A DNA stretch of 64,000 bases from a virus. Under the pieces are notes generated by a model. It searched no databases and was not told where the DNA came from. It was given only the letters and a program-made list of their open reading frames with translations. Made by a program: the position numbers and the translations under genes. This document shows, piece after piece, positions 55,592 through 64,000 of this stretch. The stretch's first letter is position 1. Every line of letters begins with the position of its first letter. Location of the stretch: positions 1 through 64,000 of the IMG/VR virus record IMGVR_UViG_3300021093_003813; one strand, written 5' to 3'.

Positions 55592-58120
55592 TTATGCGAG
55601 GGCTATAAACTTGTTGAATTCCTTCTGACGGTCTGCCAATCCATTGTACCCACCGTTCACAACTTTAGTTACAGGAGAGACAGCTTCCAGACCTCCGTCT
55701 GCCTTGGAGTTAAGATTTCTGGTGCTCCAGAACCAGGCAGCTGACAACAAAGGATATTTGGTGGCTACCAGGTCAGGGTTGGCCACCACATCGTCAGGAA
55801 CAAACTTCCTGAATGCTATATAGTTGGATTTACCCGTCAATTGAATGTAACCACGACCACGATACTTGAATCCTTCACCTGAGGCTTCTGGGCCATTACC
55901 TATTCTATTAGCATAGGCGCGACTAGCAATTCTTTCAGGCTGTCTTTCATATTGTTTGGCTATCTCATCAGTAGGGAAATATTTGCCAAAAACAGCTCTT
56001 AAACTTTTCCAGCTGTAGTTTAGATTTTCTTGCACCGCTTTGAAATGACCGGACTCATGTGAACATTGTGCCAGGAAGTGAGACAGACGTTGTGGTGTGT
56101 TGATTTTGAATTTACACACCACTTCAGGAATCTGTAGCCGCACTGTTTCTGGGATTTTGTTCTTCAATTTTTCTATGTAAGTAGCCATTGCTGGTGATAG
56201 ACAATCATCCGTAACTGTTGCAGCGGGGGCGGGTTCCTGACAGCTATCTGGAAGATGAACAAATTTCATCTTTCTGCCGGGATTAGGATACTTCACAAAA
56301 CATCCACATCCTGAGCGATCGAATCCAGCTCCCCCAGTGGTGTTTCCTTCAATAGTTTTTAATCGTTTGTCAGGAGCTGCATCTGGATAGATGCCAGCCA
56401 CGATACCTATGTGATTGGCATGGTTGGGTCTGGCTGGATCACCATAATATAAAATAGCAGCTCCCAACTTGGGTGTATTAGACAATAGACCTTTAGCCTC
56501 TCCCCATTCATGCCAACCACGGCAGGCAGCTGGATCTTTGGGAGGTGTTGGAGCACCTGCAGCTTTCCACCAATAGGTCACAGCTGAAGCACACCACTCA
56601 ACACCTTTACCTGTGTTTTTCAATTGTTGTTGATGGAATGCATAAGATGTGGTGCTCTTCACCATTTCATCTATGATGCCTAACTGCCCGGCGGGTAGTT
56701 CACCGCCACCTACCTTACCACCTGTGTTTTTTGCTGCTCCTGCACCAGTACCTGTTTCCAACATACCAACGTGTTTCATGGCTTCTTCAATAACTTGCTT
56801 GGCAAGCTCACATGTGGCTTGTTGTGGTTCAGGATTGGATGCAGGGGCAGAAATGACTTCTGCCACATCTCCTTCAGATTGTTTCAATGATGCATATTCT
56901 TGGGACATTGGGTCATCTAAAGCTCTGGCTTCCAATGCTTCAGCAAAATAAGCAGCACGTTGTTCAGGTGTCAGTGTGAATCCAGGAGGTGTGATTTCTG
57001 GTTCTTCCGGTGTTTTTTCCTCAACTGCGTCAGCAGGTGTGGCTGCGGTGTAAGGAACAGGTGTTGGAGGAGAAACTGACAAGGCTCCTTTGAATGTACC
57101 TTGAATGATGTTTCCTGATGTGATGGGACTGGTGAGAGAAGTTTTTGTGGCAGCTTCCAATTTCAAATTGGATCCTGAATTTATGCTAATGTCAGAAGAA
57201 GAAACCACATCAATAGATCCCTTGGTATCAACATTGACATCTTTGCCTGCAATCATATCAATTTTTCCTGCCACATTCAATTCATAATCACCGTGTACTT
57301 GTGTTTTTAGGTTTCCATCCACCTGCAAATTGCAATTGTTTTTCACATAAATGTTGCAACTACCTTCCACAGTGATATTGGCTTTACCTTTGATATTAAC
57401 AAAACCATTACAATCAATGATGTGATAATCATCACCGACAATATGACGAATCATAGTACCGGCTCCATCCACTTCTACATAAGTTCCTTTGGTGTGATAG
57501 ATGTGTAATCTTTCAGCACCAGGACTATCATCCAGTTCAATAACATGACCGCTTTCTGTTTGTGTTACATGATTGTAAGGATATTTCGGGCCGTAAGGAA
57601 TTTCTGGTTGTTCCCAGGTACCACCGTTATTGGCAACATCCACTAAAGTGACACGTGCCTCCTTCTTTTTTTCAACAATGGTTTCTTGTACTTTTTGATT
57701 TCTGGCTAAACGATTGGTGTCAGGTTCATTGATGTATTCAGGGAGTGGATATTTGTTGGTGGGATCTTGGAATCCATAATTACTGGTGTTTTTCAACTTG
57801 TCATAGTAGGAACGAGCCATGACACCACCAATGGTTCCCATTATCAAAGGTTCTTGACAATCTTCACCATCTCGGAAGAATCCCACAACCCAAGTGCCTT
57901 CCACTGGACCTATAGGTGTGGTTCCAATACCTGACATGGCAGCAGAGGTGATGGGTTGCATGGGATATGCCCATGGCAAACTATAAGTGGGTAGTTCTAC
58001 TTTGTCTGCGGTGTGATAACCAACACAGCGAACTTTACATCTACCTAAAAAAAGTGGGTCATTTCTATCTTCAACAACACCCACCCACCAGAAAAATCCA
58101 TTGCCGTAAATGTTTTCCAT
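55592..58120 (-). CDS. gp5: baseplate hub/spike gp5 with CHAP and GH19 domains
   Basis: OB-fold (WWVGVVEDRNDP, LPWA, GFFRDG), YPYNHV..TESGH, beta-helix, then WCAS..HIGIV..IEGNT (CHAP) and HESG..YRGRGYIQLTG..NGG (GH19). Confidence 0.92.
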   Translation of the reverse strand: MENIYGNGFFWWVGVVEDRNDPLFLGRCKVRCVGYHTADKVELPTYSLPWAYPMQPITSAAMSGIGTTPIGPVEGTWVVGFFRDGEDCQEPLIMGTIGGVMARSYYDKLKNTSNYGFQDPTNKYPLPEYINEPDTNRLARNQKVQETIVEKKKEARVTLVDVANNGGTWEQPEIPYGPKYPYNHVTQTESGHVIELDDSPGAERLHIYHTKGTYVEVDGAGTMIRHIVGDDYHIIDCNGFVNIKGKANITVEGSCNIYVKNNCNLQVDGNLKTQVHGDYELNVAGKIDMIAGKDVNVDTKGSIDVVSSSDISINSGSNLKLEAATKTSLTSPITSGNIIQGTFKGALSVSPPTPVPYTAATPADAVEEKTPEEPEITPPGFTLTPEQRAAYFAEALEARALDDPMSQEYASLKQSEGDVAEVISAPASNPEPQQATCELAKQVIEEAMKHVGMLETGTGAGAAKNTGGKVGGGELPAGQLGIIDEMVKSTTSYAFHQQQLKNTGKGVEWCASAVTYWWKAAGAPTPPKDPAACRGWHEWGEAKGLLSNTPKLGAAILYYGDPARPNHANHIGIVAGIYPDAAPDKRLKTIEGNTTGGAGFDRSGCGCFVKYPNPGRKMKFVHLPDSCQEPAPAATVTDDCLSPAMATYIEKLKNKIPETVRLQIPEVVCKFKINTPQRLSHFLAQCSHESGHFKAVQENLNYSWKSLRAVFGKYFPTDEIAKQYERQPERIASRAYANRIGNGPEASGEGFKYRGRGYIQLTGKSNYIAFRKFVPDDVVANPDLVATKYPLLSAAWFWSTRNLNSKADGGLEAVSPVTKVVNGGYNGLADRQKEFNKFIALA

Positions 58121-58121
58121 A

Positions 58122-59378
58122 TTATGGTAGTTCCTTTTGATATGAATCTTTCATGACTTCCATGTACATTGTATGCTTTTTAGCCACAATGCTATGCCGA
58201 ATAGCTGTCACCAGATAGTTTCCTGAAAGATATTGGTCTATTAAATCTCTACCAGTTGCTTGATTTAAATCACGTTCTGTTGATTTCGGAATGTTCAGAA
58301 CAACTACTTTTCCCACTTCCATGTCTGTTCTTCCTAGGACTTCAACCATCAAATGAAAGTTACTGGCTTCATACATCAAACTGTTTCTTTGTGCTGCCCA
58401 TTTTTCAAACAATGGATCCTTGGTTTCTTCAAACATGCTGTATTGTTTGGTTCTTACACGACGAAACATATCTGGTTTTCTTGGTATTGTTTGAGGAAAT
58501 GTTTGAGATTTTCCTGTATCATGCAAATTCAACACTTTGTTATGATATTCAAACTGATTATGAAAATTTTCATAATATTGTTTCAACGTGATGTCATGAG
58601 TTATCAAATTGCTAGCATAGTATCCAAAATCTTGAGCTTGAAACACGTCAAAAAATGTGGAAGGACTGATGTTCAAAATTCTTCTGAATTGAACACTAAC
58701 ATTCAATGCTTCTTCTGTGGCCGCAGTGGCACTGTATTGAAATGTGTCATATGGATTGCTTACACCCTGGCGAATCAAGTGTTCAATGCTAGTCAAATAG
58801 AAATTTTTGTTGCCTTCAAAGAACACCACATTAGGAGCATTTTTGTAACTTCTGGTGACTATCCAGTTGATTAATTTCAATGGTGACCAGTAAGGTGACA
58901 CCACAGTAGTGCTGGACAGATGTTCCTCTAGAATTTTTAATTCTTTTTTATCTTTCAGGTATTTGTTAAACACAGCCTGAATGATTTCATGAGTTTTTCC
59001 AGAAAACTGTTTACTGATACGTGTGATGTTGTCTGTTAATGCTTCCAATGAAATCAAACTGATGCTGTATATTTGTTGTGTGTTGTCTATAATACGTTCT
59101 TCCACACCATTCACATAGAACTGCTTTTTAAACACACTTTCTCGAAATTGCGGTGTTCGAAATTGTATTGTGACTTGTTCAATACCTGCCAAGGGCAATT
59201 GTGTGATGAAGCTGGCAGAGTCTTTAACCACGATGTATCCAGTCATCACACTGGAAAAAATGTCCTCGTAGATGGATGTTTCCAACACCAGGTTACGAAT
59301 GTCAAATTTTTTACCGCCCGCAGTTACAGATATTTCTTCAATTTTGATATCACCTGCTTCTAGAATTGCATCCGGCAT
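58122..59378 (-). CDS. baseplate hub protein (gp27-like)
   Basis: IYEDIFS, LSGNYLVTAIRH, KDSY; position between gp53 and gp5. Confidence 0.7.
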   Translation of the reverse strand: MPDAILEAGDIKIEEISVTAGGKKFDIRNLVLETSIYEDIFSSVMTGYIVVKDSASFITQLPLAGIEQVTIQFRTPQFRESVFKKQFYVNGVEERIIDNTQQIYSISLISLEALTDNITRISKQFSGKTHEIIQAVFNKYLKDKKELKILEEHLSSTTVVSPYWSPLKLINWIVTRSYKNAPNVVFFEGNKNFYLTSIEHLIRQGVSNPYDTFQYSATAATEEALNVSVQFRRILNISPSTFFDVFQAQDFGYYASNLITHDITLKQYYENFHNQFEYHNKVLNLHDTGKSQTFPQTIPRKPDMFRRVRTKQYSMFEETKDPLFEKWAAQRNSLMYEASNFHLMVEVLGRTDMEVGKVVVLNIPKSTERDLNQATGRDLIDQYLSGNYLVTAIRHSIVAKKHTMYMEVMKDSYQKELP

Positions 59379-60082
59379 TATCCATCACCATTAATTAAAT
59401 CAGTGAATTGTTGTACCACAGCTTCTACATACAGGCTGCTCAACACTTTGATGGGTCTTTTGGCATCATTCACATCCACTTCATGTTGATAGTTTGTGAC
59501 AGGATTGGTGGAGGCAGAATATCCTTCATCCACAATGTATCCTATTTCTGTATCATAATAATGATGCACATCTTCTTCTGGATCCGTTACAGAACTGATA
59601 GGCAAATCTTCTGTTTCTTGCGTGATGTTGTTCAACACATTGTCTGTTGTTAGAATAATTTTTCCCACCTGAGAACGCATGTGTACAACATCATCTACAA
59701 TTTTAGTTACCAGAAACTTTCCATCATTGTCTGAGGTGATGACATCATCAGCAGCATATTCTGATGAATCCGGCACTTCAATTTTGAAATCATACTTCAG
59801 ATACACCAAGTCTGTAACTTGTGCATCTGGGATAGGCCATTCTTCTCTGGGATTGGTGATGTCATTCACCAGCAACACCAACCAGTGATACATTGGTTTT
59901 CCGTAGAACAAATTGCTCACCATTTCAGGTGTTTCACCATCTTTCACTAGATGTTGATCCATGAACACTGTGTTTTCACGAAATTTTTCTGACAAGGAAA
60001 CTCGACGAAGAAAATCCGTGATGATGATGGGTTTGTTGTTGCTTTGAACCAGTACTGCAGGAAATCGTGAAAAGTAGTCCAT
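59378..60082 (-). CDS. gp53: baseplate wedge gp53
   Basis: YFSRFP, DGETPE..S..FYG..HWLVLLVN, HHYY, NDAKRPIK. Confidence 0.92.
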   Translation of the reverse strand: MDYFSRFPAVLVQSNNKPIIITDFLRRVSLSEKFRENTVFMDQHLVKDGETPEMVSNLFYGKPMYHWLVLLVNDITNPREEWPIPDAQVTDLVYLKYDFKIEVPDSSEYAADDVITSDNDGKFLVTKIVDDVVHMRSQVGKIILTTDNVLNNITQETEDLPISSVTDPEEDVHHYYDTEIGYIVDEGYSASTNPVTNYQHEVDVNDAKRPIKVLSSLYVEAVVQQFTDLINGDG

Positions 60083-60084
60083 GA

Positions 60085-61296
60085 TTAGAACCCAGCAGTA
60101 GCAATGCGGTCGCGAAACAACAATTCCAATTCCAAAAAAGTCAATGATAGAGAAATTTCTGAAGGAGCACCACCAGTACCACGTACAGATATGAAATCAC
60201 TGCCACCATATTCCACTTTCATGTTGGTGAGTGCACAGCTACTGGTTCTAAACAAATTGGTGTTTCTTCCTTCATCTTTGAAGTGATATTCAATCTGAAA
60301 TTCAGCAGGATAGGACACGAAAAATTTTTCGTCACCTAGTGTAGGATGCATATAGTATTTGAATAAATCAATGATATCCAACACTTGATTCATTTCATAA
60401 TCATTTTTTGGAATGAATGTGTAATCAAAATTGAAGGTACGAAAATTCATGGTCTTGAACAACTGTGATTTGAAAGGATTTACAGCAGTTCCAGAAAATG
60501 CACTGGCTGCAGAAGCAATACTACCCATGCCACCCAATCCCATTTCATTCATGGCACTGTCAGCATTTTGCAATGCAATAGCTGCACCTGCGCCACCTGC
60601 GGTTTTGATAGCGTCCAAAGCAGCTGAGGCACGGCCGGCCATACCGTCACCGTTACCAGTCATTATACCTCTTATTGCACCAGCAGCTTCACTTGCCATG
60701 CCTCCTAAAGCTCCTAAATCTTCATCTGCCCACGTGGCATTGTATTCAGTTCTGGGTTTGTTGTTCATGTACAATGCCACAACGTATTTCAAAAATTTTG
60801 CATCTCTGGCAGAACCACCTTCAGCTGTGGCTACTGTGGCGGCGAGGGTACCACCGGCTACACCACCTGCTACAGTAGCTCCAGTTGTGGCAACGTTGGC
60901 TAAATTTTGTTTCGTGGTGTCAATAACCCTAACACCTGTTTTTTGATTCAACCCAAAGAAACTAGTAGTTCTTCTGGCAACTCCTCTAGCCACACTGGCA
61001 CCACCTACAGCACCTGCAGCTCCTGACACAGCTGCGGCCGCAACTGGACCCACTTGTGTTTCTGGACGAAATTGTGAGCTGGGTTCCACAAGATTTAATG
61101 CTTTCACAGCCTTGTCACTTGCCAATTGTTCCTTGGGAGTGACACCAGAACGTTCTGAGATGTAGAACATCATGTAATGCGGCGTGGTTTCACTGCCCAC
61201 ATCCTGAGGATATCTGTACACTGTCAGTTCATTGGCTTCTAAACCTGTAATGGCATTGCCAGGTGTCAGGGTGTTTGCACTTCGATATTTGGCCAT
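60085..61296 (-). CDS. gp48: baseplate tail-tube cap gp48
   Basis: YRYP, NPF..LF....RTFNF, YPAEFQIEY, LTFLELE. Confidence 0.88.
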   Translation of the reverse strand: MAKYRSANTLTPGNAITGLEANELTVYRYPQDVGSETTPHYMMFYISERSGVTPKEQLASDKAVKALNLVEPSSQFRPETQVGPVAAAAVSGAAGAVGGASVARGVARRTTSFFGLNQKTGVRVIDTTKQNLANVATTGATVAGGVAGGTLAATVATAEGGSARDAKFLKYVVALYMNNKPRTEYNATWADEDLGALGGMASEAAGAIRGIMTGNGDGMAGRASAALDAIKTAGGAGAAIALQNADSAMNEMGLGGMGSIASAASAFSGTAVNPFKSQLFKTMNFRTFNFDYTFIPKNDYEMNQVLDIIDLFKYYMHPTLGDEKFFVSYPAEFQIEYHFKDEGRNTNLFRTSSCALTNMKVEYGGSDFISVRGTGGAPSEISLSLTFLELELLFRDRIATAGF

Positions 61297-61301
61297 AAAT
61301 A
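61294..61301 (+). promoter_or_regulatory. late-like promoter for gp4
   Basis: CATAAATA overlapping the gp48 start codon. Confidence 0.55.
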
Positions 61302-61325
61302 GTTTCCTTGGGAATACTTTACAGA

Positions 61326-61333
61326 TATTTATA
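61326..61333 (-). promoter_or_regulatory. late promoter for gp48 operon
   Basis: TATAAATA on minus strand overlapping the first base of the gp4 ATG. Confidence 0.75.
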
Positions 61334-61791
61334 TGGCTTATACCAAAGACACATACAAAGGAAGATTCATCCCGAACAACCCCAAGAAATATGTCGGGGA
61401 TGTCATGGAAATCATCTATCGCAGCAGTTATGAATTGAAATTCATGAAATGGTGTGACAACAATGATGCTGTGTTACGATGGGCCAGTGAAGAAATTGTC
61501 ATTCCCTATGTCAGTCCAGCAGATGGATTGGTTCACAGATACTATGTGGACTTTTACATAGAAGTTCAGGACAAAACTGGCAAACGAAAAAAATATCTGG
61601 TGGAAGTGAAGCCCTACCGTTTCACTGTACCACCCAACATTCCACAAAGAAAAACCCAACGCTTCATCTCGGAAGTGAAGCAGTGGGGAGTGAATAATGC
61701 CAAATGGACAGCAGCACGGCGTTTTGCTTCTCAGAACGGATGGGAGTTTATGCTGATTACAGAGAAGGATTTAGGGACTACTTATAAATAG
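61333..61791 (+). CDS. gp4: head completion nuclease gp4
   Basis: YKGRFIPNNPKKY, YRSSYE, RYYVDF, EVKP, NNAKW. Confidence 0.95.
   Translation: MAYTKDTYKGRFIPNNPKKYVGDVMEIIYRSSYELKFMKWCDNNDAVLRWASEEIVIPYVSPADGLVHRYYVDFYIEVQDKTGKRKKYLVEVKPYRFTVPPNIPQRKTQRFISEVKQWGVNNAKWTAARRFASQNGWEFMLITEKDLGTTYK
61783..61790 (+). promoter_or_regulatory. late promoter (gp2)
   Basis: TATAAATA on plus strand at the end of gp4. Confidence 0.75.
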
Positions 61792-61871
61792 TAAGTAGTT
61801 TTTAACTTCATACCGGACATAGTGAATTTATCACCTTGTCAAGTAGTAGTCAAGCCCTGAATTTCACCATA

Positions 61872-62444
61872 ATGCTAAACAAATCCATTCAACAACTGCG
61901 AGACCGAGAAACACCCACTAGCACGTTCCGGTGGTACCAGGACATGATTCGAAAGTTGGGTATGACCAATATCCAACCACAAAAAGTATTGAAAAGTGAC
62001 ATCGGTGAATTTGTCAACACCATCATCACTGGTCAAATGTATTTGTTCATGTACGATCCCAAGATGTCTGCCAAACTACCATACTATGACACACTACCTG
62101 TAGTCGTGGTGTTCAGAAAAGTACCTGAAGGATTTTTTGGATTGAACATGCATTATCTTCCACCATTGTTTCGAATGAAGTTGTTGGACAGAATGTTGGA
62201 ACTGGTAAATGATGAAACCATGGGTGAAGATACCAGAATGATGGTGACTTGGAAGTTGTTGAGTAATTTCACACGATATCCAGGTGCCAATGTGGCAGTG
62301 AAACGGTACTTGTATGAACAACTGGGTTCCAGATTTATGAAAATCTATCCTAAAGATTGGAGAAAAACCATCATGTTACCCATTGACAATTTCGAAAAAG
62401 CCTCACGTAATCAAGTGTTCAACGACGCACGGAGCAAAATTTAA
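61872..62444 (+). CDS. gp2: DNA end protector gp2
   Basis: GQMYLFMYDPK, LPYYD, GLNMHYLP, KRYL. Start reassigned to ATG 61872. Confidence 0.92.
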   Translation: MLNKSIQQLRDRETPTSTFRWYQDMIRKLGMTNIQPQKVLKSDIGEFVNTIITGQMYLFMYDPKMSAKLPYYDTLPVVVVFRKVPEGFFGLNMHYLPPLFRMKLLDRMLELVNDETMGEDTRMMVTWKLLSNFTRYPGANVAVKRYLYEQLGSRFMKIYPKDWRKTIMLPIDNFEKASRNQVFNDARSKI

Positions 62445-63481
62445 TGAGTCTTAACGCGATAGGAAATGTTATCAAGAATACAGCTAAAGGTTTAGTAAAT
62501 CTTACCAAACCTGTGAAACCAGAAGGAGATACAGGAACGGCTGCCCCTCAGGTGAAACAAATTGAAAGTGTGAAGATTCCTTCACTTCTACAATTCATCG
62601 CATTCATCAAACAAAACAATTTGGCTCGTTCTGAAAGATTTTTCGTGGATTTTCCAGGTGTGAGCCAAGGTGAAACACTCACATTGTTGTGTCATCAAGC
62701 TTCTTTGCCTGGTAGAAACATCGCTACTAGAGCACTCAGAATCAATGGATTGGACAGACAATTTGCGCACACAGCAGATTATGGTCAAGAAATGACATTG
62801 GAATTTCTCATGGACACAGACTACACACCGCGAGCTGTGATGGAAAACTGGATGAATGACTGTGTGTCAGCTTTTGAAAAGGATACTAGCAATGAAGTGG
62901 GATTCTACAACGATTACGTCAAAAACATAACTTTGAATGTGTTGATACCTGCAGGTATTCCAGGAGAAGCATTATTCAACTGGAGTCCAACACAAATGGA
63001 TTTGGGGTTGCGTGATAAAGTCACCACCAGCAACAAAGGAACTAGTCTTGCGGTGGACAAATTGTTCATGCGTGGTAAAAGAACTCTAGACAATAAATTC
63101 ACTAAATTGAAGTCTCAGGCATTTGGTGCTGTTCGTAGTATAGCAGCTCCTATATTGGAACTGTTGACAGATGCTGACCAGATTGTTTGTCAAGTCACAT
63201 TGGTGGATGCCTGGCCCAAGAGTGTGGTCACGATGCCACTAGGATGGGATAATGTAGGTGTGCAACGGTTGAGCGTCACTTTCACATATCATCATTATGA
63301 ATACGCCATTGCCAAGGTGGCATTGTCAGGTGAGGACACAGCAAACAACATTTCAAAGAACATGGCCAAGGGATTGCAGAAGTACACAGACAAAATACCC
63401 AAGACTGATTTGAGTAAGTTGGGTGTAGATTTGAAGGCAGGAGTAAAAAATAGTGCAACTAGATTATTTGGACGTGGTTAA
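62444..63481 (+). CDS. baseplate tail-tube initiator (gp54/gp19-like)
   Basis: LAR..RF, ASLPGR, DAWPKSV, LSVTFTY tube fold; between gp2 and gp26. Confidence 0.7.
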   Translation: MSLNAIGNVIKNTAKGLVNLTKPVKPEGDTGTAAPQVKQIESVKIPSLLQFIAFIKQNNLARSERFFVDFPGVSQGETLTLLCHQASLPGRNIATRALRINGLDRQFAHTADYGQEMTLEFLMDTDYTPRAVMENWMNDCVSAFEKDTSNEVGFYNDYVKNITLNVLIPAGIPGEALFNWSPTQMDLGLRDKVTTSNKGTSLAVDKLFMRGKRTLDNKFTKLKSQAFGAVRSIAAPILELLTDADQIVCQVTLVDAWPKSVVTMPLGWDNVGVQRLSVTFTYHHYEYAIAKVALSGEDTANNISKNMAKGLQKYTDKIPKTDLSKLGVDLKAGVKNSATRLFGRG

Positions 63482-63495
63482 CACAAGGAGATGAT

Positions 63496-64000
63496 ATGAG
63501 TATACCTAAGGTAAAAGTTCCGACATTCACAACCACTCTGCCAGTCACAGGAGAGAAAGTGAACTTCAGACCTTTTCTAGTGAAGGAAGAAAAAATATTA
63601 TTGTTGGCAAGTGAAAGTGAAAACACCGAGGACGTGATACATGCACTGAAAGATGTGGTGTTGTCTTGTACCTATGATAAGGTGAATATACATGAATATT
63701 GTTTGGCAGACATGCAATGGTTGTTTTTACAAATTCGTGGTAAGTCTGTAGGTGAAGAAATAGATTTATATTTGGTATGTGGAGAATGCCAAGCCAAACA
63801 ACCCTACACATTGAATGTAGCAGATTTTGAGGTGGTGAATCCTGGATTGAGCAAAACTATAGCATTGGATGCGTCCACTAAAGTGGAGATGAGATATCCA
63901 ACATTGGAACATTATGCTGCCTTGTTTGAGACAGATGCAGAAGAAACGTTGTATGCTGTGGTGGCAGATTGCATCACCAAGGTGTACAATGAAGATGAAA
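63496..64000 (+). CDS. gp26: baseplate hub assembly protein gp26 (3'-truncated; missed by ORF track)
   Basis: MSIPKVKVPTF...FRPFLVKEEKILLLA...FLQIRGKSVGE...CGEC...MRYP; AAGGAG SD. Confidence 0.92.
   Translation, partial: MSIPKVKVPTFTTTLPVTGEKVNFRPFLVKEEKILLLASESENTEDVIHALKDVVLSCTYDKVNIHEYCLADMQWLFLQIRGKSVGEEIDLYLVCGECQAKQPYTLNVADFEVVNPGLSKTIALDASTKVEMRYPTLEHYAALFETDAEETLYAVVADCITKVYNEDE

Noticed and set aside
1-64000. tRNA/rRNA genes
   Set aside because: Intergenic gaps are short and none showed a recognisable cloverleaf or T-loop; a tRNAscan run would confirm.

Overview
This is a 64 kb segment of a large T4-like (cyanophage/uncultured-type gene order) myovirus genome. It uses the standard genetic code and is almost entirely coding on the minus strand. 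From right to left in transcription order: baseplate genes (gp48, 53, 27-like, 5, 25, 6, 7-like, 8-like, and a split DUF4815-type structural protein); a fibre region with several Thr/Ser-rich mosaic fibres and an inserted glycosyltransferase cassette; neck, packaging, tail and head genes (gp13-23, gp3); uvsY, uvsW and gp55; a tightly coupled 7-deazaguanine operon; gp47/46; peptide deformylase; a ClpP-like protease; and a truncated HExxH-peptidase/vWA gene. gp4, gp2, a gp54-like gene and gp26 lie on the plus strand at the right end. The most notable element is the queE-folE-exonuclease-dpdA-dpdL-like-glycosyltransferase-queD operon. It lacks queC within the window and sits in the gp55-gp47 slot that holds alpha-glucosyltransferase in T4. 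Its GT-B enzyme carries motifs I recall from the eukaryotic queuosine-tRNA mannosyltransferase (GTDC1/QTMAN) family, which suggests a glycosylated 7-deazaguanine DNA hypermodification. Three genes missed by the ORF track were read manually. All family assignments come from motif recognition, not database searches.
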